Position numbers and translations under genes: made by a program. The notes below the pieces were generated by a model. It did not search any database. It was not told the origin of the DNA and saw only the letters and a list, made by a program, of their open reading frames with translations. Shown in pieces: positions 45,942 to 57,716 of a stretch of 64,000 bases of DNA. Source of the DNA: Adineta vaga (lineage: Eukaryota; Animalia; Rotifera). The stretch covers positions 7,564,001 to 7,628,000 of the forward strand of contig CP075496.1 in the NCBI GenBank assembly GCA_021613535.1, read 5' to 3'. Each line of letters starts with the position of its first letter. The first letter of the stretch is position 1.

Positions 45942-48556
45942 ATGATTCTTGCATGGACTCTAACTCTCTTAACAATAGTCAGTCTTAGCACAAGTATTGA
46001 TGTACTTCTTCCAATATCAACAACAAAACCGGATTCAACATTTTATCCAAATGTTGTTCATCCACGTCAACCACAACGATTGAATTTAGGAAATAAGCAA
46101 GCGTTGCATACGAATAAATTCTACACCAATCCAATACTTGGCTCAGGTGAAAATCCGATTCTTGTACATCCATTTGTTTTGTTAATGAATCCTTCTTCAC
46201 CATTTGGTGTATCTATTTCTTGTACTGAACAATTGGCATTAGGACCGCAAATTGATAGTACACGAGTGAAATATTTCATCAATGTTATATTAAAAAATAT
46301 GCAAGTCAGTGCAACAGAATTCACTGCACAAAATTTTGAAGTAATTGATGTTGATGATCCTGGTTTTTCATTTACATTAAAAATGCGTCAACAAGGTTCA
46401 CAATCTTCAATTACTATGCCAGTTGTTCGTGGTATGGCTTATGTTACATTCGAATTCAATTCTGCAACACCGAAAATTTCAACAGCTCATGCTATTCTTT
46501 CAGTTAATGGTCAATCATCAGGAAGAATAACAAGTAAACGTTTTGAAGCTGTTTTAAACAATGGTCAAACTTGGATTATATATGCACTTAACGGAGAAAT
46601 AACACTAGAATTTCGTGATAATCAATTATTCGGTACACAAGCAATTACAAATGTTCTTCGTGTAACGAAAAAACAATCGGATGCATATGCCAATTCTCTT
46701 CTTGATTCACATGCTAGTGTTTATCCAACTGGTTGTCAATTGAGAGCAGATGTAACTGGTTCAAAAGGTACATATACATTTCTTTGGCAACGTAAAGGTG
46801 ATCTTAGTAAAACTTTACTTCATTATGCACTTGCTCATCATCGACAAGTAATCTCATCAAGTAGTGCAACAGCAACATCAGTACAATCAAAATCTTCAAG
46901 TAAAGGACCAATGGTTGGATATACTGGAAACACTTGGCTGATGGAGGAAAATTCTTTATCAACAATGGGCTTTCTTGCAGCACATCCACCTGCTCCACAA
47001 TATGAAAATTATATTGTAACACAATTAATAAAAGATATTAATGATGGAGTTAACTTAGGTGTAACAGATTATTATTTTACTGGTAAAGCTTTTCATAAAT
47101 ATGCATTATTATGTTTATTGGCTGATTATTATCGAGAAACAACATTACTAGATCAGTGTATCAAAAAATTAGAAGCAGGTTTTGATGTTTTGATTACAGG
47201 AAAAAATGGAAATGCGCTAAAATATGATACAACTTGGTATGGTCTTGTTTCTGCTGCTGGTTTAGCGTTTGTATTGATTTCTTTCTTTTGACAAATGATT
47301 ATGTTGATATTGAAATTTTAGACCCAATCAAGAATTAGCTGATTTTGGAAATTCATATTATAATGATCATCATTATCATTGGGGATATTTTATTCAAACG
47401 GGAGCTATTATTGCACATCTTGATTCAAGTTATATACCAAAAATGAAAAGTTGGATAGAAGGTTTGATTCGTGATTCAAATAATCCATCAACACAAGATA
47501 CACATTTTCCACAATTTCGTTATTTTGACTGGTATTCAGGACATAGTTGGAGTCAAGTAAAATAGATAATATCATTTCGATACATTTTTCTAAAGCAATT
47601 ATTCATTTAAGGGTTTATTTGAATCAGCTGATGGCAAAGATCAAGAATCTACATCAGAAGAAATAAATTATCATTATGGTTTAGCTTTATGGGGTTTAGC
47701 AACCAATTCAAAAACTACTGAAGGTCTAGGTCGTTTAATGTTAGCTATTGCTAAACGTTCTATTCAAACATACTTTCTTATGGATAGCGATAATAAAGTT
47801 ATGCCAAAAGAATTTATTGCTAATAAAGTAACAGGTATTTTCTTTGAAAATAAAGCTGATTATGCAACGTGGTTTGGTGCAAATCCAGAATTTATTCATG
47901 GTATTCAGTAAGTAGATACATAAATTAGAACAATAGGATATTTACTGAATTGTTTATATGAAAAAAAAAAGAATGCTTCCATCCACACCAATTACAGAAG
48001 AAGTTCGACTTCCAAAATTTGTCGAAGAAGAATGGAACACAATTGTCAGCAAAGTAGTTTCTGGTGCTGCAGGAGGATGGAAAAGTGTTCTATATACAAA
48101 TTATGCGATAATCAATCGAGGAGACGCATTCAATCAATTACTTACTGTACCACTTGATGATGGTTTAACACGTACTTGGGCTCTTGTAAATATCGATACA
48201 TTTATTTCTTCCCCTCTCCCCCCCTCAAAATTCATCCTTTCATTCGATTTTAGTATTGGGCAGCAACACGACCAAATACAAATGGTGGTAATGCAACCGG
48301 AACAACACCTAATCCATCATCGAGCACTACATCCGGTCCACCCGTAACTGGTGGTGAATGTACTCTACCTGCTGATGCTCCTTGTACATCATTAACTTCA
48401 CCAGGCGATGCTGCTGCTGGTCTTGGTATGTACTATGATGCTAGTTGTGCTCAAGGTGGTGTTGGTTGCAATCATATTAAACCTAACTGCCGTCTCTGTG
48501 CTAAAAATCCAGCAGTTATTAACGATCCTTTTCTTAAATGCCCTTCATGTGTTTAA
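45942..48556 (+). CDS. Secreted GH81 endo-1,3-beta-glucanase with C-terminal Cys-rich module (alternative in-frame ATG at 45891)
   Basis: Signal peptide; [98 protein letters not shown]. First exon about 1.3 kb, then 4 short introns. Confidence 0.93.
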
Positions 48557-48741
48557 TAAAACAAGTTATTTGTTTGTTTACTAATCGAAATATATCTTAA
48601 CACATAAAAACAAAAGAAACTTTGTATGTTACTATCAAATATTTATGTATATCTAATTATTGTTAGTGTATATCTGACATCATATTTATACAGTTCATCA
48701 AAAAAAAAGAAACTAACACTAATTAAAATCTGTGAATTGAA

Positions 48742-50389
48742 TTAAATAGAGCCATATGTTTTATTCCAATCTATAATATAAGTATGTGTTATAAGGCGAA
48801 TTCTTATTGTCAAAAAGAATGATTACCTTCATATTGTTTTAAATCGTTTTCTGAAACACTTGGTCGAATAGCTTTGAGCGATTTAATAAAATCTTCCGAT
48901 GAAATACCTCGTACCTGATTATCAATCGAATCAATTGATTACAATATATAAAACGACAAAGTTTATCTTACCTCATCACTGGAAAGTAATTCAATATCAT
49001 GTATATCTCGAATAGGTCCTAACGCAGCATCATGACAAAGACTATGCATATCAGCACCACTAAAACCTTCTGTAAGTGTACATATATGTTCTATATCAGT
49101 AGTAGTTAAAGTATGTTTTTGATCTCGAAGTAAATTTGAAATAATAGCTTGTCGAGCTGCTAAATCAGGTAAAGGAATATAAATACGTTTAACAAAACGT
49201 CGACGAGCTGCTGAATCAAGTTCTTGTGGTCTTAATATTCAAAATAGTCAGTAATTAAAAATACGAATGGTTCTATCGTTTAGATGAATTACCGATTAGT
49301 AGCACCAATCAATAGAATTCGTTCTTCACCTTGAGTACTTGCTCCATCCTATAATAGATAATACTCTTAAACGCACGTATATAATTTAAAAAAGAACTTA
49401 CAATTTGTACAAGAAATTCTGTTTTTATTCGACGTGTACTTTCATCTTCATTTTCTGATCGTTCTTGAAGTAAGGAATCCACTTCATCAATGAAAATCAC
49501 TGATGGTTGACGTGAACGAGCGACAGCAAATAGTGCTCGAACTAATTTTTCACTTTCACCATGCCATTTTGACGTTAAGGATGATGATGAAACACAAAAG
49601 AAAGTTGCTTTCGACTGACTAGCAATACATTTACCAATCAACGTTTTTCCAGTTCCTATTCTTACGAAAATACAAATATGTTGAAACGAAAAATGAATTT
49701 TGAATAGAGTTGTACCTGGTGGACCAAAAAGAAGTAAACCTTTTGGTGGTCTTCTTAAACCGGTAAATATATCAGGTCGTTGCATAGGCCATACAACAAT
49801 TTCTGTAATAGATCGTTTAGCATCATTTAAACCAGCAATATCATTCCATGTTGTCGTTAAATTCAATTCCATAATCTACATAATAGATAAAAATGTCATC
49901 TATATCACTGAATCAGAGGGACTATTTTTGACGATATGTAATAGTTTTGTTTTAAAAAATGAAAATTACCTCACTAGTTATCATTTCGATCAATTTTGAA
50001 TCAATGTGTTTGGCACCACCACTTTCTTCTAATTTATTGTTGGAAGTGTCCGTATTATTAGATTGATTCGTTTGCAAAACAGGCGCTACTGATGTTGGTG
50101 GTGGCGGTGGTGGTGGTGCAGGTTGCGTAAGTTGTCGATTTGGATCATTCTGTACTTGACGTCCAGCAGTAGGATCAACATACCGATTGTATATAGATCG
50201 TCTATGTTTAGAATACAAATTCTTGCATTCATTATATGTCATAAACATTGAACTTACTTCGCAGATGAATGCATACCAAGCGATTTTTTAACAACACCAC
50301 CATTCGTTTTTGTACGCGCGTCGTCGATCTCTAATTGATCACGTGCTGTACGAAATGATAATGAGTCTGGTACAGCTGATGCTTGCTGC

Positions 50390-50420
<31 letters not shown>

Positions 50421-51192
50421 GCTGCTGCTGTACTTGTTGTTTACCAAATGGTGGTCGATAATGATGGCTTGTACCAGTATCCATTGTTTCATCCGAAAAA
50501 CAAGCAGGAGCTGGACGTTTCTAAACGAAAAAAAAATTTAGGATTCTAATTATACGTAATTATAGGATTCTTACTTTATTAAATGTTGGTGGTTGATTGT
50601 CGATTGCTGATGGCGTTTTTGGTGTTTTCATTGAAAGTAAGTTAATTTGACCAGCTAGAGGATTTCGACCATCTCTATGACCTTTAAATAATGGTCTAAT
50701 TTTGTCATTCATCTATCGAAAGAAACAGTTAAAAAAGCAAATAGGAATGACATCTTACCATCTGCTGACGAATATTAGTATCATTTATTTGAGACCAATT
50801 GATACATTGTGAGAAAGAGACTACAAAAGAAAACCTATAAAAAATGGATATTTTTAAAAAAAAGAAGAGGACTGACTACGATGATTTTTATCTGTTTGTT
50901 TGTGAACATTTTTATTAAATGGTCTTGTTGCCCAATATAATGCAATAGAACGATCAGCAAATTGATTAATAACTTGTACTGGCAATCTTAAATCAACAAG
51001 AAATAGAATATATAGAATGATAATCAAAATAACAAACTGTGTGGTTTGTCTCCATGCATCCAATAGAATAAGTTGAACACGTCTATGATGACTACACACG
51101 TCAATATTACGTTTATCACGTTCCAATGATGCTTCTTCATATAACCACCATTCATATATTTGACAATCAAGAGATGACATATCTAGTATCAT
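48742..51192 (-). CDS. FIGNL1: Fidgetin-like 1 AAA ATPase
   Basis: [14 protein letters not shown]; [53 protein letters not shown]; FIDEVDSLL; [15 protein letters not shown]; ends WIKTYGSI*. Confidence 0.93.
50383..50430 (-). repeat. Coding (CAA/CAG)n polyglutamine tract, about 16 Q, in FIGNL1
   Basis: Plus strand shows a ttg/ctg run, in frame in the exon of ORF 50254..50484. Confidence 0.9.
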
Positions 51193-51560
51193 CTATAAAT
51201 CAGTACAAATGTGATAGTTACGAATCAATTGGACCAATATGTACTCATTTGAATCTAGGACTATAGTTGAACAACAGTTTGAGGATATTCCGTCAAGTCT
51301 TTAGATATTAGTTAAAAAGATCATTCATATGTTTAACTACATCTCCCCTTTATGTCATCTTATGTCGGGGTAGATATAAAAAATGTTTAATCGCATGAGC
51401 GTCAACAGTAACATCAACAGAAGAAAAAAAAGTTGAAACATAAAAGAAAGAAATGATTACGAAGTCTGGTTTAAAAAAATGTCAATGCAAGTTTGATAAA
51501 TAATGTTTTTTGTTTTTCTTTTAACATAAAGTATATTCATCAGACTACGAGAGAATTGAA

Positions 51561-52291
51561 TTAAGAATGAATATCCATCATATCAGCACTTGTTTGTAAT
51601 TCGACTTCATGTGGTTTCGTCACAATAATCTTTTCCGGATACATATTATCAAGAACACGAATACCTTTTGCATCGATAATTCGTACAAATACACAATGTG
51701 GATAGGCTGCCATACGTTTACCAAGTTCATTGACGATCGTTTGTAACATAAATAATGCTTCATCAACAGATAAATCTTCTTTCCATAAACGATCACCAAT
51801 AGCCAATGCAAAATATTGACAAAAACCATGAGCAACAACATTTGTTGAAACCATTGCACCTAAATAATCAATCGAATATAATTGTGCACGATTTTGATCA
51901 CGTTCATTTGTTGAATAACCACCAACGACAAGATTAGCTAGAAATGAATTACGAGAACGAAGTGATGTAGCCATTTCATGTCGTGTAAAATTTGCACACG
52001 CATATGGAGATAATTCAATGCCATTGATCATTTTATATAATTGAATATTTTTACCAACATATTCGGCGAATTGAACAACATCACCAGGTTCACCAGCTAG
52101 AGAAAGAATGATAACAGTCTTCAATATCTTTGTTTATGCAACTTACCAGCAAGCATAGCGCAATGTTCACTTAATTTAAATAATCGATTTGTATCAAATT
52201 TCATATTCAGAATTCCATATTTTGTAGTATTTGCATCTTGTGCTAATAAGACGAAATCTTTTCCACGAATACCGATTATTGATTCAACCAT
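51561..52291 (-). CDS. PSMB2: Proteasome subunit beta type-2 (beta4), 2 exons
   Basis: MVESIIGIRGKDFVLLAQD..., GEPGDVVQFAEYVGKNIQLYKMINGIELSPYACANFTRHEMATSLRSR, LYSIDYLG, AHGF. Confidence 0.93.
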
Positions 52292-52409
52292 TTCGTTTTT
52301 ATATTATCTTATCTGAAGAAAAAAAAAGAAATGGATCAGGGAATTATTTTATTCGAAACTAAAAATATTTTTAGGATAAACATATTTAAATAACACGAAG
52401 AACTTGAGT

Positions 52410-52820
52410 CTACCAAAACTTCCAACTGCTCTTTTTCTCTTCTTTCTTATTTGATAATGGTGAGTCATATTCCATCGAAAATTCCGGTGTACGAAGACCC
52501 ATATCTGGTGAACCTAAGGAGAAATCTGTTGATGTATTAAATTCATTCGATTTCATTGATGAAACAGCAGCAGCACCTTCTTGACCAAGTTTATTAATAA
52601 TATAATTACTTGAATCAATGAAACGTTCAACACAATTTGCTAAACATGTTTCACTTCGCCCATCAAGTCTTGATGATATACTTGGTGCGCATAAATCCCA
52701 ACATTGTTCCGTTAAAGAATGTACAACAGCTTGAAAACGTTGTTTTTGATTTTCGTGTTCAATAAATGATGCTAATGCAGCATCGCCTATACCTTGACTA
52801 GAACCTCCTAATAAATCCAT
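52410..52820 (-). CDS. TIMM8A: Small TIM chaperone Tim8 with C-terminal extension, single coding exon
   Basis: FIEHENQKQRFQAVVHSLTEQCWDLC...ETCLANCVERFIDSS contains the twin CX3C motif. Confidence 0.9.
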   Translation of the reverse strand: MDLLGGSSQGIGDAALASFIEHENQKQRFQAVVHSLTEQCWDLCAPSISSRLDGRSETCLANCVERFIDSSNYIINKLGQEGAAAVSSMKSNEFNTSTDFSLGSPDMGLRTPEFSMEYDSPLSNKKEEKKSSWKFW

Positions 52821-52984
52821 TCAAAACTTCTATGCAAATCTGAAAACAATAATTAGTGGAGATTGTTTTCTTGAGATAGATATATCATTGATAAATAACA
52901 ATTCTTTTTGTACAAGAGAAAGAAAAACACACACAAACACACACTGTTATTGCAAAATGAAGATATGAAAAGGAAGGATCAGAT

Positions 52985-55137
52985 TTATTTATCGAAGAAT
53001 TGAATTAAATTGTTGATACGATTTGGTCTATCAGTTTTTAATGCACGAATAGAATCCTATTGATAAACAAAAAAAATGTATTGCAAACATCTTTTTATAT
53101 AGATAAAACTAACTCGTTCAATTGCTGTTGACATGGGTGTGGAAGGTGATGATTGTCGTGTAGTTGTAGATTCAATCATTGATTTTCTATTCGTTCGAAG
53201 ATCTTGAGAAGTATTGTCTTTGATCATAGTTAAATTAGATGTCAGAGTCACTTCTTTTCTAGATACTAAAACGGGTTCTATAGTCGAAGGTGGTTGTTGA
53301 TCCGCTTCATCATGTAAACTGTTTTCATTAGATATGGTTTGACTGCAAAAAAAAACAAAGTATAATATTATTATTTAGAAACAGATTTAAATCGAAATGA
53401 ATTGATTAATTTTCAAACTAGACTTAGTAATCATAGGAAAGTCATTTGAGAGATATCAACTCACAATTTGCTTTGCTTTTCTTTGGCAATATCGATCCAA
53501 GATTGCGCTGGTTTAGCATCGGTTGTTGCAACTTTATTATTTGTTGATAAATAAACACCACCGACGGTTTTTCTTCGATTCGGTTGTTGTATAACAGAGG
53601 AGGAGCAAGAAGAAGAAGAAGAAGTTTCAATTGTTTTATTCGTTGAAATCACATGTGGTACAGTTGATTCATTCTCATTTAACACAGGTATTATCGTTTC
53701 TTCTTTTATAGTGATAGATGAAATGTTTACTGTTACTGATTCTTCAGAAGACGATGGCTCAGGTAGAATTTCTTCTGTCGATGGAACTTTTTTCATCATA
53801 CTACGTTTTTTTAATTGATTGAAGACATTTTCAAATTCATTGACTGTTTGATTTTCATTATTCGATGCTATATGTACAGTAACCGGTCTTAAACGAGTTT
53901 TCGTTAATGGTGAATGTTCTCGTGTTTGAACAAATAAATTTGTAGATGATTGATTGTCATGAAATGGTAAATCTTTTGGTAATTGTACTCTTGAATGTTT
54001 AAATAAATCTAAATTATCATAGATATGTTCTTCAGGTGGTGAACGTGATCTTGATTTATTTTGGTAATTTTCTTGTTTTGTTTCTTCTTGTTCGTTGTCA
54101 TCATCATCATCATCATCATCATGGCCGTTGTCTTGGTAATTTGTTCGCTGATATATCGATCGATTGATTAATTTGATTTCTTGTGGACGTTTACAACTAG
54201 TCGATCGTTGAATTGATAAAACATTTGTTGATAAATTTTTATCAGCCGAATGAACACGAAGACGTGATCGTGCAGTATCCAAATCAGCTAGATCAACAAT
54301 GAGCTGTGGTTGTACTTTTGACTAAGAGACAGAATAGGAAAAAAAAGAAAATGAAGACATTTTATAATACAAAAATCCTTGATCTTTACTTCAATCGTTG
54401 GTAAAGAAGACGTTTGATCATGAAAAGATATTGAAGAAAATAAATCAGTTTGATTATCATCAGTTTCCTTGACCGTACCCAACTATTTACAAAAACAAAG
54501 GTAAGAATTCATTAAAAACTAATTATTCTTTACTTTTTGTTTAATTGGTTGTCGTAGTTTGTTTTTAACAGCTATACGATCTCGTGCAGCTGAATGTTGC
54601 AATTGTTGGTTACTCGGTGGAAGCGTTGTTAACGACGTACATAATTCTAAATTGACATAAATATATACTTTTTTCTATCGGCAATCTATTTACCATTATC
54701 TACATCATGATGTGATTGTGATGTTTCCTATAATAGCAAAGGTTTATTTTTGTAGACAAAAAAATACGAAGAAAAAGTAAGTAGATTCTTACACTTATAG
54801 AAGACATTTGATCACCTACGGATGTGTACGATGACGAGCTATGTGATGATGCCTAATATAAGAAGAAATTGCGTATTTTGTGAGAAAAACAAAATAATAT
54901 CAGCGTATAAATGACTAATCATCTTATCATCGGTATTAAATTCGTGTTTTTTTCTTCTTTCGTTCTTATATGTATATATACATACACGTTTACAAATAGT
55001 CACAAGTATAGATGAAATAAATAAGACGTGCTTACATTCGAACAAACTGGCTTCGTTGGAATGATTATCGGCGATGAAGAAGAGATTAATCGTCGTCCGG
55101 AAGTGATACCACCACCAGCAGCGGCCAACTTTTCTAC
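52985..55137 (-). CDS. Low-complexity protein with KIAA1211/CRACD-like motifs; 5' end not resolved (first exon lies upstream of 55137)
   Basis: Spliced exons give LQHSAARDRIAVKNKLRQP, LDTARSRLRV, EHIYDNL and QSWIDIAKEKQ, ending RINNLIQFFDK* at 52985. The family call is from motif memory only. Confidence 0.55.
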
Positions 55138-56768
55138 CTAAATACATATGTAACAAATAATTGAAAGAAAGATTTCGTCTTTATTCTAGTCACTTGAGCT
55201 TGAATGAGTGGACTCATATTCTTTCGAGACATCGTTTTTAACGATATTTTGTCGAAAAATAATAGACAAAAATAACACAGGGTTTACTTGTGTTCGATTA
55301 AGGGTGACGTTGACGATAATATGAGAATGAATAGGTAAAGTGAATAAGGAAGAGAGAAAAGGGGGAGATGAAAGGGAGAGAGCAAAAGGAAGGTAACGAT
55401 ATGTAAAAAAAAACCGTCGAACACGCAAAAGAAAGCAAAACGAAGAAGAAAAAAAGAAACGAACAGGAGGGAAACAAACGAAAACAAATTGGCACGCATC
55501 TGTTAATGTTGATGGTAATCATCATATTCTTTTTTTTAAAGCATGTCACTTTTTTTCTCTCTAATGTACAATGAACTTATCCGTATACATGCACGGGAGC
55601 AAAAGAAAATGGTAAATTTTCTTTTCTTTTGTAAATATATCTACCTGACATTCAATTTAAATGAATTCTGTATTATAAAACAGAAAAAGACGAGAAACAT
55701 TTTCATTGACATATATATATATATATATATGTATACAAAAGAAGAAAAAGAAAATTCTATCATGTTACCTACCTGACCTGTCAGTTGAGCATTACATATA
55801 ATATCATGTAAATCTGATGTTATATGCATTGATATACTGCCATTTAAAGTAGTTTGTGAATTTGTCCTTTTAATCGATGTAATATCACTAAATATGAAGA
55901 GAACGAAGAAAGATTTATTCCAAAATATAAATCACGAGTAAACTTACTCTTGAAATAGTAGATTATCTATTGAACGACCATTCAATCTATTTTGTAGATA
56001 ATTTATCATTCTGGCTTCTAAATGAACGACATAGATTTATTATAGTCACGACAAGTGACATTGAATACATTTATTAAATATACAAAACGTAGGTTTTGAT
56101 TTTGAAATCTAAAATAGGACAAGAAAAAGAACAGATATTGCAGCGCGACAAATATGGTTACAAGGTTTTTTTTCTTCTTTTTTTTGTTTGTTATTTCAAT
56201 CAAATATGCCATTAATTTCGACTGAAATTACTACTAAATGTCTGTTTTTCTTTATCGGATGCTATATACTTTGTGTTAGTTTCTTACTCTATATATTAAT
56301 TCGACCTTTAAAATATCATCTCAATCAATCAACAGCGATAACAATTCTTCGAAAAATTCATGAGATCAATGAACGAAATATAATCAATTGTTATCACCAT
56401 ACGAATATAAAAAACATTTGTAATTTCTTTTTTCGAAATGAACGACTAGGAAAGTTGAATTTATTGCTGTACGAAAGGTAAGTTCAGAGATATGTATTGA
56501 AATAAATTCTCATTACTCGGCCCAACCATCCAAGAAAAGCAGAAACTCTTCCTTGTCATGATTATTACTTATTTCCAAAATCTATACTTTCTTTCCTCAA
56601 CTGAATCGAAAACAAATAATCTACGATTTGAATTAAACATCATATTAAAACACAAGACAATCATTTAAGAGTGAGATATTTTTTACTAGCTCACACATAG
56701 TAACGATCAAATATACAAACAAGCAAACGAAAAGAAAACAGTTATATTCACTCTCGACGTTGATCAAA

Positions 56769-57292
56769 TTATTCGTTAGATGGTTTTGGAACAGGTATCG
56801 GTGGAATACCAACCGGAGGTGGCATGCCAGGTGGCATACCAGGTGGCATCATACCCGGTGGAGGTCGTAAAGTCATTAATGCCGTCATTGCTGCTGGATT
56901 TGGTGGTGGACCAAGTGGAGGCATACCTGGTGGTAATGCAAATGCCCATGGAGGAACAATAGCTGGCATACCAGGTCGTGGTGGTATCATGTTTGGAGTC
57001 ATCAAACGAGGTGCACCCATTGGAAAAGGTGCACTAGTTAGTTTGCCAGATTTGTAAGCTGCTGTTGTTTGATCAATCTAACAAAAATTAAAAAAATTCA
57101 ATATAAATATCGAAAGAAACAAGTGGATAAATTGAATATGCGTACTAATTTTTGTGCTTGTTCTTCCATCCATTTTTGATAATAATCACGAACATTTTCT
57201 TTATGTTTTCTACCTTGACAATGGGTTTTACGTACCGATGGTGAATCGTGAGTTAGGTATGTATCACAATAATCACAATAGTATTTAGGCAT
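56769..57292 (-). CDS. SNRPC: U1 snRNP protein C, 2 exons
   Basis: [49 protein letters not shown]|IDQTTAAYK, followed by a Pro/Met-rich tail. Confidence 0.97.
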
Positions 57293-57716
57293 GACGTGAA
57301 TAGAGACTAGTTACGAAATCAAATAGATTTCCTTCGAGAGAAGTAAGCCAAAAAGTAAATGAAAGAAATAAGAAAATGAGATTGAGAAATTTTGTCGACA
57401 ATGAACCAATAGTTAACAAGAGTCTAACCTCATAATTTTGCGTCAATAGATGTCGCGAAATGACAATACCATTTCGTTTCATTCCGATTCGAAGGAGTGT
57501 ATAAGAAAGTACTACTTTCCTTTCGAATAAAATATGATTATAAAACAACACCATTTTATTTTGATGATAAAAAAAATTAAATTATATTTGAACATACTGC
57601 TTTGTGAATATCATATATGAACAAAATGCAGTAAAATTAACAAGTTTAAAAAAAAAGACATCGAGCATTCTCACTGGATTGAAACCATAAACTTAAGAAT
57701 AGATTCAATAGTTCAT

